Shown piece by piece: positions 19,441 to 27,916 of a DNA stretch of 64,000 nucleotides. Location: contig CAYMBN010000003.1 in assembly GCA_964388715.1 (NCBI GenBank), positions 1-64,000 on the forward strand, written 5' to 3'. The DNA is from an uncultured Methanosarcinales archaeon (GTDB lineage Archaea; Nanobdellota; Nanobdellia; Woesearchaeales; CAYMBN01). The position numbers were made by a program, and so were the translations under genes. The number at the start of each line of letters is the position of its first letter. Within the stretch, counting starts at the first letter, position 1. The notes under the pieces are model-generated. The model was not told the DNA's origin. It made no database searches and was given only the letters and a program-made list of their open reading frames with translations.

Positions 19441-21495
19441 TTAACCTAAATAAAATTCTCTTAATTGTTTGCTTCTGCTCGGATGTCTTAGTTTTCTTAA
19501 TGCTTTTGCTTCAATTTGTCTGATACGTTCTCTTGTAACACCAAATATTTTGCCAACTTCTTCTAATGTATGTGGACAACCATCTTCTAAACCAAAACGG
19601 TATCTGAGGACTTTTGATTCTCTTTCTGTTAAAGAATTAAGAACTCTCCTTATTTGTGCTTTTAACATTGATTGGAATGCAGTGTACATTGGATCTTCTG
19701 TTTTTTTATCTTCAACAAAATCTCCTAATGTTGAATCTTCGTCACCAATTGGTGTTTCTAATGATATTGGGTCCATTGCTGTTTTTAGGATTTCTTTTAC
19801 TTTGTGTACTGGAAGTTGAGCTGCTTTTCCAATTTCTTCATGAGTAGGATCTCTACCATATTCTTGTGTTAATTTTCTTGCTGTTTTTCTTAGTTTGTTT
19901 ATTGTTTCTACCATGTGAACTGGTATTCTTATTGTTCTTGCTTGGTCTGCAATTGCTCTTGTTATTGCTTGACGTATCCACCAGATTGCGTATGTTGAGA
20001 ATTTGAAACCTTTTCTGTATTTGAATTTTTTAACAGCTCTGATTAAGCCTTGGTTGCCTTCTTGAATTAGGTCCAGGAAAAGTAAACCTCTTTTTGTGTA
20101 TTTTTTTGCAACAGATACTACTAAACGTAGATTTGCCTCGATTAGTTTTGTTCTTGCTTCTAAGTTTCCTTGTTCAACAAGCACTGCTAACCTATATTCT
20201 TCTTCTACTTCAAGAAGTGGAACTTCACCAATTGCTTTTAAATACATTTTGACTGAATCTTCAAGAGCTTCTTTACTTAATTCAATACCAAACTGATTTA
20301 CTTTTTGTTTTCTTCTTCTTGCTGCTTTTAGTAAGGTATGTTTTCTTCTTTGTTCATCTTGTACTTCAATACCTGCTTCCATTATTGATGCAAGAAGTTC
20401 ATTAAGTGTGACTGTTTCAACTGCATCTGGTAGGTTATCATTAATCCATTTGTATGAAATAACTCCTGTTTTTTGTCCTTCTGCAAGGCATTGGTCAAGG
20501 AATATTTGCATACTTTTTTCTGAAGATACCTTTTTGTATTCAACATATTCTTCAGCAACTTTTTTAGCAGTTGTGCTAATTTCTTGATCTGTTAAAGGTT
20601 TTGTATATTGTTCAATATCTTGTTGTTGTTGCCAGTTATTTTTTACATCTTTAATGAATTTGTCAACTTGTGCTTCGAGTTTTGATTCATCTCTGTCTTT
20701 TAGAAGCCAGGTGAAGTCATAATCCTTTTTGAGAAAATAGTATGCTTTATTGACCTTTTCTAATCCTCTAAGTTTTTTTAAAAAACTTTCAGCATCATAT
20801 TCTTTTTTACCAGAAACCCTTAGTTTAATACCTGTGAGATTCTTTAAAACATTTTTAACAGATAGTTCGTTTTTTTCTTCTTCTGTAGACATACTTTTAG
20901 CTAGATGTGTATTAATACCATAACATTCTAATGTGTACCAATTAATCTCATCTCCATATTGTTCAAGTTCTGTTAGAAGTCTGTTAATGATTGTTGCGTA
21001 TTGTTTAGCTGTGTATTCTGGTTGAGGTTGTTTTTTTGCTTTGTATTCTAACAGGTTGGTTACAGTTGCTGTTTTTGTTACTGGTTCTTTTGTTAAGACT
21101 TGTTTTAATCTTTTGAGACTTTTTGTTGGGATGACATCATACTCTTTTCCTTTGTATTCAACTGTTTCAACTACATCTTCTTCATATAATTCTGCAACTT
21201 GTTGAATTGTGAGATTGAGTGCTTTTGAAATTTCTCTGATATTACAATACTTGATTAAAGTAAGTGCTTCTGAATCAAATCTTTCAAATACATCTCCTAG
21301 CATATGGTATAATAAACTTATTCCTAAGAATTGGTTATCTTCTGATAATATGTGATCAAGATCTGCTTTTAGGCCTTTTCTATACTTGAATGGTAGAATT
21401 CCCATTGGGTATAATTCATATGGGTTGATCTCTGTTTTTAATGGTGTAACTGTGCCTACTTTAGACTGATATTCTCCTCTTTTTGGTTTAACCAT
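19441..21495 (-). CDS. rpoD: RpoD/SigA-like sigma70 factor with ~320-aa N-terminal extension (copy A)
   Basis: C-terminal regions 1.1 ([18 protein letters not shown]), 1.2, 2, 3, 4 intact; extension has HTH-like [20 protein letters not shown]. Confidence 0.96.
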   Translation of the reverse strand: MVKPKRGEYQSKVGTVTPLKTEINPYELYPMGILPFKYRKGLKADLDHILSEDNQFLGISLLYHMLGDVFERFDSEALTLIKYCNIREISKALNLTIQQVAELYEEDVVETVEYKGKEYDVIPTKSLKRLKQVLTKEPVTKTATVTNLLEYKAKKQPQPEYTAKQYATIINRLLTELEQYGDEINWYTLECYGINTHLAKSMSTEEEKNELSVKNVLKNLTGIKLRVSGKKEYDAESFLKKLRGLEKVNKAYYFLKKDYDFTWLLKDRDESKLEAQVDKFIKDVKNNWQQQQDIEQYTKPLTDQEISTTAKKVAEEYVEYKKVSSEKSMQIFLDQCLAEGQKTGVISYKWINDNLPDAVETVTLNELLASIMEAGIEVQDEQRRKHTLLKAARRRKQKVNQFGIELSKEALEDSVKMYLKAIGEVPLLEVEEEYRLAVLVEQGNLEARTKLIEANLRLVVSVAKKYTKRGLLFLDLIQEGNQGLIRAVKKFKYRKGFKFSTYAIWWIRQAITRAIADQARTIRIPVHMVETINKLRKTARKLTQEYGRDPTHEEIGKAAQLPVHKVKEILKTAMDPISLETPIGDEDSTLGDFVEDKKTEDPMYTAFQSMLKAQIRRVLNSLTERESKVLRYRFGLEDGCPHTLEEVGKIFGVTRERIRQIEAKALRKLRHPSRSKQLREFYLG

Positions 21496-21517
21496 AATGT
21501 GTAAGAAAGAATGAGCA

Positions 21518-21525
21518 TTTTTAAA
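21518..21525 (-). promoter_or_regulatory. Archaeal BRE/TATA promoter of sigma copy A
   Basis: AAAGC-TTTAAAAA starting 30 nt upstream of ATG 21495. Confidence 0.6.
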
Positions 21526-22384
21526 GCTTTCGTCTTAACATTACAAAACTATTGTCCTGTGCGACTTGTAGTTTAAAGTAGTCTGAATATGTTATTTGAT
21601 CTTCTAGTGGTTGGATTTGGTTTAGGTAGTTTTCTGTTTCTGTGATACTGTCAACAACTTCTTGATATATTCTTTCTCCAATGAAATGTACTAAAAAACG
21701 TAAAAGTTTACCTTGTTTTGAATCAATTCTTCCTTTTATATGTTCATTGTTGATGTAATAATTGTTATCATCAAATGATATATCTCCTACATCTCTTGGA
21801 GGGTAGACTCTTTTAGCAAGGATAAATTGTTTAAAATAATCATCAATTGATTTTAGTTGGATAAGGTCTCCTAAGTCATCTTCTAATACTTTGACTTTAT
21901 TAGATTCCATTGCCTTTAAGATGTCTATGATTGATATTTTTGAGTAGATTTCTTGTTTTCTTAGCTCTTTGAAGATCTGTCTTACAGGAAGGTATTTATC
22001 TTGTTGTGCTTTTTCTAGTTGTTTTTGGATGATTTGTTGAGGAGATGGTTTATACAAGTCATTTAGGATAGGGAGGTCGCTACATAATATAAAATCTTCA
22101 TTATTAATTTCTTCTACAACTACTTCAATGCCAGTGTAGAGATCATCTTGGTTGACATTTGGCATTAGGTCCATGATTAAGAATGGATCAATATGTGTAT
22201 CATAATCTGGGTTTGTTTCACGCTGTTGTAAGTAATCAATAAAAAAACCAGGAATAACAAACTTTTTATTTGATTCTAGGAAAAATGTTTTTTCTAGATC
22301 TCCTAAAATAGATGGATCTTTTAAAATGCCTTGATTTATTATTTCATCAATCTTGTAATTTTGTTTTAAATTAATTTGTGTCAT
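21521..22384 (-). CDS. Protein with shared N-terminal [11 protein letters not shown] domain plus one Xis-like wHTH
   Basis: N-terminal ~110 aa paralogous to the 765- and 1062-aa neighbours; [11 protein letters not shown]...[11 protein letters not shown]. Confidence 0.8.
   Translation of the reverse strand: MTQINLKQNYKIDEIINQGILKDPSILGDLEKTFFLESNKKFVIPGFFIDYLQQRETNPDYDTHIDPFLIMDLMPNVNQDDLYTGIEVVVEEINNEDFILCSDLPILNDLYKPSPQQIIQKQLEKAQQDKYLPVRQIFKELRKQEIYSKISIIDILKAMESNKVKVLEDDLGDLIQLKSIDDYFKQFILAKRVYPPRDVGDISFDDNNYYINNEHIKGRIDSKQGKLLRFLVHFIGERIYQEVVDSITETENYLNQIQPLEDQITYSDYFKLQVAQDNSFVMLRRKL
22121..22198. repeat. 78-bp perfect repeat, copy 1 (copy 2 at 24414-24491)
   Basis: Identical from tacttcaatgccagtgtagagatc to ggatcaatatgtgt, inside a ~165-bp highly similar block. 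Confidence 0.92.
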
Positions 22385-24668
22385 TTTTGTTTGTTATATA
22401 TTTTTGTGTTAACAATCTTGCTTGTTCTAGTTCAGGATTAAGTTCACAAGCTTTATCTAGGCTTCCTGCTTGAGTTATTTGTGAGTAATAGTCCAGGAAT
22501 GCTTTATGAATCCATATTTGAACACCAGATTTAAAAGATATTCTTGGAATTTTAAGTCCTTTAATATATTGTAAATATTTGTTAGAATCACTGATTTTAT
22601 TAAACTTTCTAAAATAATCTATAGCTCTGTTTCCTGTCATGAATTCAGGTCTAGTTATTACTTCTATTTTTAGCTTTAATTGTACTAAGTAATTTTTTAA
22701 TTCTGTTTTTTCTCTATGATAAGTGCTAATAGAGATTGTTTCTTTTACTTCTTCGTAGCTTACTTCTTCATTCCAGTTAACTGTTTTTAGAACTCTTAGA
22801 ACTTTTTGGTATTTTTCATCTTGCTTTAGTTGAGTTTGCCAATCAATATCTTGTGTTTCATCTAGTTTTTCTTCTAAACTTTGTTTTTGTTTGATTAAAC
22901 TGTTTACCTCAACACCTGCTTGTTTTAATTGTGGATAAAGTTCATATGCTTTTTTTAAGCTTCCAGCATCTACTATTTTCTGATAATGATCAAGGAACAC
23001 TTTGTGATACCATTTTGCCACTCTTCTTCCATGTAAAATTGGAATTTTGAATTTTTTAGCAAATTCACGCAAAGATTTTGCAATTACACCTCTTTTGCCA
23101 GTATATACTAAATAATCTAAAGCTATTTCTGTCCTTACAAAATTAGGATTAGCTTTTATTTCCATAATTAGTTTTTCTCTTAGTAAGTACTCATTAAGGT
23201 TTTTCCTTACTCTGTAAAAGGTATTTTCAGAAATTACATCCCATACTGACCCACATTCAATCTCTTCTTTGTTTTTGATTCTTTCTAGAAGTTTTACTAA
23301 TCCTTTGTATCTTTTATTTTTATTTAATTTATCTTGCCAATCAATATCTCCTGTTTCAGCAAGTTTTTTTTCTAAGTTTTTCTTTATTTGGATTATTCTG
23401 TTGACTTTTTTACTTATTTCTTTTAGTTCTGGATAAAGTTCATAAGCTTTTTCTAAGCTTCCTGCTTTAACTATTTGTTTATAATATTCAATAAACTTTT
23501 TGTGAATCCATTGGGTTTTGAATTTTCCACGTATTATTGGAATTTTGAATTCTTTGATAAAAGCAGAATATCCGTCATACCGGATTCCTTCACGTTTTCT
23601 GAAATATATAGAGCCTCTGTCTAAACCTAGGAAATTGTGGTCTGCTTTTAGTTCTAAACATAGTTTTAGGTCTAACAAATAAGTTTTCATTTTTCTTCTG
23701 AATCTTCTGTAACATGTGTTCTCCATAATATCTTCAACAGCTTTTAATCCTTGTTCTATTCCATCTGCAACTATGTTTAATGCCTTAATTATAGCTTGAT
23801 ATTTTTTGTTTTGTTTCAAATCAAATCCATCCAGTGTTTCTTCTTCTAAACTTTGCATTTGATTATTTATTTTTTCTGTTAGTGATTTTGCTTTTTCTAA
23901 CTCTGGAAATAATTTGTAAATTTCTTTTAGGTTATCGCTTTCTATTATATCATTATAATGGTCAAGAAATTTTCTATGGGTCCATTTAGTCTTTCCTGTG
24001 CCATGGATTATTGGAACTAGTTGAAGAAATGCTGTATAATCATTAGAACATAGAGTGGTAGTAATATTTGTTCTAGCATATTCTTCACCTTGTCTAGCTT
24101 TAAAAAAATCTGGATTGGCTTCTAATTCCATATTGATCTTTTGTTTTGTTAGGAATTTGTGCATGCTGAATTTATGTCGTGTGTAGCTGCAATGTGACAT
24201 AATTGGTTTAACCATTTTATAATCAATTTTTTCATCATCTATGTTTAGAAGTCTTAAAATTTTTTGATATTTTTCATCTTGTTTTAGTTCAGTCATCCAT
24301 TCTGGTTCAAAATGTTTGAAAATCTCTTGTTCAATTTTTTCACCATACAACTCATTTAGGATAGGTAAGTCACTGCATAATATAAAATCTTCATTATTAA
24401 TTTCTTCAACAAGTACTTCAATGCCAGTGTAGAGATCATCTTGGTTGACATTTGGCATTAGGTCCATGATTAAGAATGGATCAATATGTGTGTCATAATC
24501 TGGGTTTGTTTTACGTTTTTGTAGGAAGTCAGCGAAAAACCATGGTACCCAGAATTGGTTTTCATCTTCTACAAAAAATACATTATCTAAGATATTTGGT
24601 CCTTTTATAATATGATTCTCTACTAAATCATCAATACTGTATAATTGTTCTTGTTTGATTAGTATCAT
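22371..24668 (-). CDS. Shared N-terminal domain plus four ~160-aa tandem repeats with Xis-like wHTH
   Basis: Repeat LKQDEKYQK...ANPDF...IPII.G...W.HK.FLDHY...AGSL.KAYELYPEL occurs four times. Confidence 0.85.
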   Translation of the reverse strand: MILIKQEQLYSIDDLVENHIIKGPNILDNVFFVEDENQFWVPWFFADFLQKRKTNPDYDTHIDPFLIMDLMPNVNQDDLYTGIEVLVEEINNEDFILCSDLPILNELYGEKIEQEIFKHFEPEWMTELKQDEKYQKILRLLNIDDEKIDYKMVKPIMSHCSYTRHKFSMHKFLTKQKINMELEANPDFFKARQGEEYARTNITTTLCSNDYTAFLQLVPIIHGTGKTKWTHRKFLDHYNDIIESDNLKEIYKLFPELEKAKSLTEKINNQMQSLEEETLDGFDLKQNKKYQAIIKALNIVADGIEQGLKAVEDIMENTCYRRFRRKMKTYLLDLKLCLELKADHNFLGLDRGSIYFRKREGIRYDGYSAFIKEFKIPIIRGKFKTQWIHKKFIEYYKQIVKAGSLEKAYELYPELKEISKKVNRIIQIKKNLEKKLAETGDIDWQDKLNKNKRYKGLVKLLERIKNKEEIECGSVWDVISENTFYRVRKNLNEYLLREKLIMEIKANPNFVRTEIALDYLVYTGKRGVIAKSLREFAKKFKIPILHGRRVAKWYHKVFLDHYQKIVDAGSLKKAYELYPQLKQAGVEVNSLIKQKQSLEEKLDETQDIDWQTQLKQDEKYQKVLRVLKTVNWNEEVSYEEVKETISISTYHREKTELKNYLVQLKLKIEVITRPEFMTGNRAIDYFRKFNKISDSNKYLQYIKGLKIPRISFKSGVQIWIHKAFLDYYSQITQAGSLDKACELNPELEQARLLTQKYITNKNDTN
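24414..24491. repeat. 78-bp perfect repeat, copy 2
   Basis: Identical to 22121-22198. Confidence 0.92.
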
Positions 24669-27600
24669 TTTCTTTTCTTTGGTTGTGGAACTGATAAAAA
24701 TAATAATGGAAGGCTTTGATAAATATCACTTTTACTTATGTATGTTATCACATCACTTTTTTTGTAGGGTTGACCTTGTTTATTTAATCTAGGTGTTCCG
24801 TTGTCATATGCAGCACTTTTGATTGTATCTTTATTTAATCCAGAAAGTTCTGAAAGTTCATCATAAGTAAACATTTCCTGTTGTTCAAATGCTAATATTC
24901 TTTCATCAATGAAATTTTTTAATGAGTTTAAGTTATATGATCCTTGCTTCTGACGTATTTTAGTTCTTTTTATAAGTTTTTTAAAGTGTGTTTCTCTGAA
25001 CAATTGAAAATCTAAGATAATTGTTCTTTTTCTTCCTACATATTGGGTGGCTTTTTGTGAGAGTTTTTCACCTAAGTATTCCAAAATGTACATTATTGCT
25101 AGTTTTTCAGGAAGAAATTCTGGTTCTTGTTTGAGTTGTTCTTTGTGTTTGTTGATTATTTCTGCTTGACAATAGCCTGCTTGGATGTTAAACTCATGTT
25201 CTCCTAATTCTTGTAATCTTTGTGTGAGTAAGCTCTTTTTAACACCTTGTTCTTTGCATATTCTTTTGATGGTATATAATAAGTCTTTTCCATGTTTGTC
25301 TTTAATTACTCCTAAATCTTGCACTTTTTCAATAACTCTGTTTACTTTTGTTTTTTTATAAAAATTTACTTTTTTTCCAGTAAGAGGACTAATAACTTGT
25401 TTGTCCATATCAAAAAGTTGTGGGAAGTAAAAATTAAATGCTTTTGAACTACCGTATCTTTTTGTAACTAAAGCATTTCCTAGTAAATGTACTGCTCTTC
25501 TTTTATTGTAGTAGTTTATGTGATTCTTATAATATGCAATGAACCTGTCAATAAAAATCATTAATTCTTCGGCAATTCTTCTTATATTTTCGTATTTTCT
25601 GATGTTTATTCCTTTTACTCTTAGTGTTGGAAAATTCTTTTCTTCTCTCCAATCTAATTTTTGATCAAGATCTTTTTCAAGTTGAACAATGTGTTCTAGT
25701 GCACCTAAATATCTGTCGGCAAAATTATATCTTATCTCTTTGTCATTACATTGTTTGGCTACTTCTATACATTCTAATTTCTTATCTAAAATATATTGGG
25801 ATATGTCTTCTTTTGTGATTTGTTTTTTTGTAGTCTTTCCTAAAATATGGTCAATTGATTCAACAAAACAAAATCCTTCCTCAAGTAATTCTTTATCTTT
25901 TTGTCCACCTAATAACATTAAGATACCTTGTTTTTCTAGTTTAGTCATCTGTTTGACTTTCTCTAATGTGTAAAGGAAAGGGTTGCCTTCAAAGTCAACT
26001 AGGATTCCTTCTTCATCCAGTTGTTTTTTTATTTCTTCAAGTTCTTGTTCAATAGAAGGATTGTAAAAACCTACTACTTCACCAGAAATTGGATGTTGTA
26101 ATTGGTGATCTGGTGTTAGGTCAATATGTTTTCTGTATAATTCATAAGCTGAATTATGTTCTCCAATTAGTTCATATTTTATTTTTGACTCAATTCTTTT
26201 ATCCATAACATAATTTACTTGGGCGTTATTAAAATCAATTTCTACTCTGATCATGTGTTCTATGTCTTTTATTAATGGATGTAATTTTCTCCCAATAAAT
26301 GTGAGATCTGACCTTCTTACTTTACTTAAATTTACATCCCCTCTTTTTAATATATAATCTGGGCCATTTTCAGTTAAATCAATTAGTTGTCTGAATACAT
26401 CTAGTTTAGGTTCTGTTGATCTTTTTACTCTAAATCTGAGGGTTTCATCTGTAATATTTTCTAATTCATCTTGTAAATTATTATATCTTTCAAGTAATCG
26501 TTCTTTGTTAAATTCGTACTCTAACTCTCTTCTTGCTTCATCATGTTTAGAAAATTCTTTTTCAACAACACCTTCCTTATGATATCTAAGCAATTCTTGT
26601 TTGTCAACAACCTCAAGAGCTCCTATTCTTATTGTTTTAAGTTTTTTAACTTGTCTTATTGGGACTAATCGCTTGTGTTTTACAAATCTAATTGGGATAT
26701 ATTCAAAAGGGTAATCTTGGATATAATATATTTTTTCTCGTCTTTTTTGTTTATGTTTTTTACGTGTTGGTTTGTATCCTGGTTTAAATATCTCTGGGTT
26801 GTCTTCTTTTAAAATAACTTCTTCAAGTCCGTTAGGGTCAAGGGATATATTTCTTGTTTTAATTTTCCAAGTCCTAACCTGCTGTGCAACTGATTCTGAA
26901 GTTACTTTCAATAATTCAGCCAATTCAACAAAATTGTATTTTTCTTTTCCAACACATCTTAATTCTTTTATTTGTTCAATTTCATCTTGATATAATTGGT
27001 TATCTTTATCTAAACTGATAAGGCCTTGTCTTACAGATCTTATAAAAATTTGTTCACAAGTTCCTAATTCTTTACCTTTTATTCCAAGTGATGCAAAAAA
27101 ATGTCCATAGAATCTAAATAGACTTCTTTTTAGTTTGATAATCTCTGATTCAGGGATTCTTATTGTTTTTGTTTTAAAATTATATGCTTGGGCTTCTCCT
27201 TTTTTTGTATAAGAAGCAACTGTGTTATCAGTCACTCCTATTATTTCATTTACAGTTTTTCTATCAAATAATCTTTCACCAAAATGTTCTTTTTTAAATC
27301 CAAAATGTTTTTCTAGTTTTGTTTCAAGTTCTTGTCTTTCATATACAAAAGGATTGGCACCAAATGTTTTTTTTACTTTTTTTCCTGGTTTTTTTCTTTT
27401 TATATTACATTTCTTTTTCATGTGTTCCCATACTATAATGGAAACATTCAGTAATTTGAGTATTTCTGGTGTTGTATATTCATCTTGAATGAATTTTTCA
27501 ACTATGACTGGTTCATCATACAATGTGTTTAGGATTGATAATTCACTCGCTGGGACAAAATCTTGGCCTTCTATTTCTTCTACAAGGACTTCAAGGCCAG

Positions 27601-27853
27601 TAAAGAGATTATCTTGGTTGACATTATGCATTAGGTCTAAAATTATGAATGGGTCTATGTTTGTATCATAGTCTGGGTTTGTTTCACGTTGTTTTAAGAA
27701 TTCAAGAACAAAGCCTGGGATTAGTGTTCCATTGTTATGTGACTTTAAAACAAATGTTTTTTCCTGGTCCCATAATACAGTTGGGTCTTGTAATACATTT
27801 GATTCTAATAAATAAGTAAGATTGTAAAGCTTCTGCTCTTGAATTCTTATCAT
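24665..27853 (-). CDS. 1062-aa protein: shared N-terminal domain plus multiple Xis/MerR-like HTH modules
   Basis: FDRKTVNEIIGVTDNTVASYTKKGEAQAY...IRIPESEI, YNFVELAELLKVTSESV, FTYDELSELSGLNKDTI; internal ~235-aa duplication. Confidence 0.85.
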   Translation of the reverse strand: MIRIQEQKLYNLTYLLESNVLQDPTVLWDQEKTFVLKSHNNGTLIPGFVLEFLKQRETNPDYDTNIDPFIILDLMHNVNQDNLFTGLEVLVEEIEGQDFVPASELSILNTLYDEPVIVEKFIQDEYTTPEILKLLNVSIIVWEHMKKKCNIKRKKPGKKVKKTFGANPFVYERQELETKLEKHFGFKKEHFGERLFDRKTVNEIIGVTDNTVASYTKKGEAQAYNFKTKTIRIPESEIIKLKRSLFRFYGHFFASLGIKGKELGTCEQIFIRSVRQGLISLDKDNQLYQDEIEQIKELRCVGKEKYNFVELAELLKVTSESVAQQVRTWKIKTRNISLDPNGLEEVILKEDNPEIFKPGYKPTRKKHKQKRREKIYYIQDYPFEYIPIRFVKHKRLVPIRQVKKLKTIRIGALEVVDKQELLRYHKEGVVEKEFSKHDEARRELEYEFNKERLLERYNNLQDELENITDETLRFRVKRSTEPKLDVFRQLIDLTENGPDYILKRGDVNLSKVRRSDLTFIGRKLHPLIKDIEHMIRVEIDFNNAQVNYVMDKRIESKIKYELIGEHNSAYELYRKHIDLTPDHQLQHPISGEVVGFYNPSIEQELEEIKKQLDEEGILVDFEGNPFLYTLEKVKQMTKLEKQGILMLLGGQKDKELLEEGFCFVESIDHILGKTTKKQITKEDISQYILDKKLECIEVAKQCNDKEIRYNFADRYLGALEHIVQLEKDLDQKLDWREEKNFPTLRVKGINIRKYENIRRIAEELMIFIDRFIAYYKNHINYYNKRRAVHLLGNALVTKRYGSSKAFNFYFPQLFDMDKQVISPLTGKKVNFYKKTKVNRVIEKVQDLGVIKDKHGKDLLYTIKRICKEQGVKKSLLTQRLQELGEHEFNIQAGYCQAEIINKHKEQLKQEPEFLPEKLAIMYILEYLGEKLSQKATQYVGRKRTIILDFQLFRETHFKKLIKRTKIRQKQGSYNLNSLKNFIDERILAFEQQEMFTYDELSELSGLNKDTIKSAAYDNGTPRLNKQGQPYKKSDVITYISKSDIYQSLPLLFLSVPQPKKRK

Positions 27854-27854
27854 T

Positions 27855-27914
27855 TTTCATTTCAAATTTCTTTGAAATTTGTAATTAATAGGAAATTCCA
27901 TTTCCAATTCATTT
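27855..27914 (-). repeat. 60-bp intergenic double-hairpin repeat, copy 1
   Basis: 53/60 identical to 52025-52084; minus strand GGAAAT-GGA-ATTTCC and CAAATTTC-AAA-GAAATTTG. Confidence 0.85.
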
Positions 27915-27916
27915 GA

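Noticed and set aside
16360..21495. Sigma genes as bacterial contamination or chimera
   Set aside because: No gap separates them from archaeal core genes, the stop overlaps dys, composition looks similar by eye, and each has a TATA box. Read mapping is still needed to exclude it fully.
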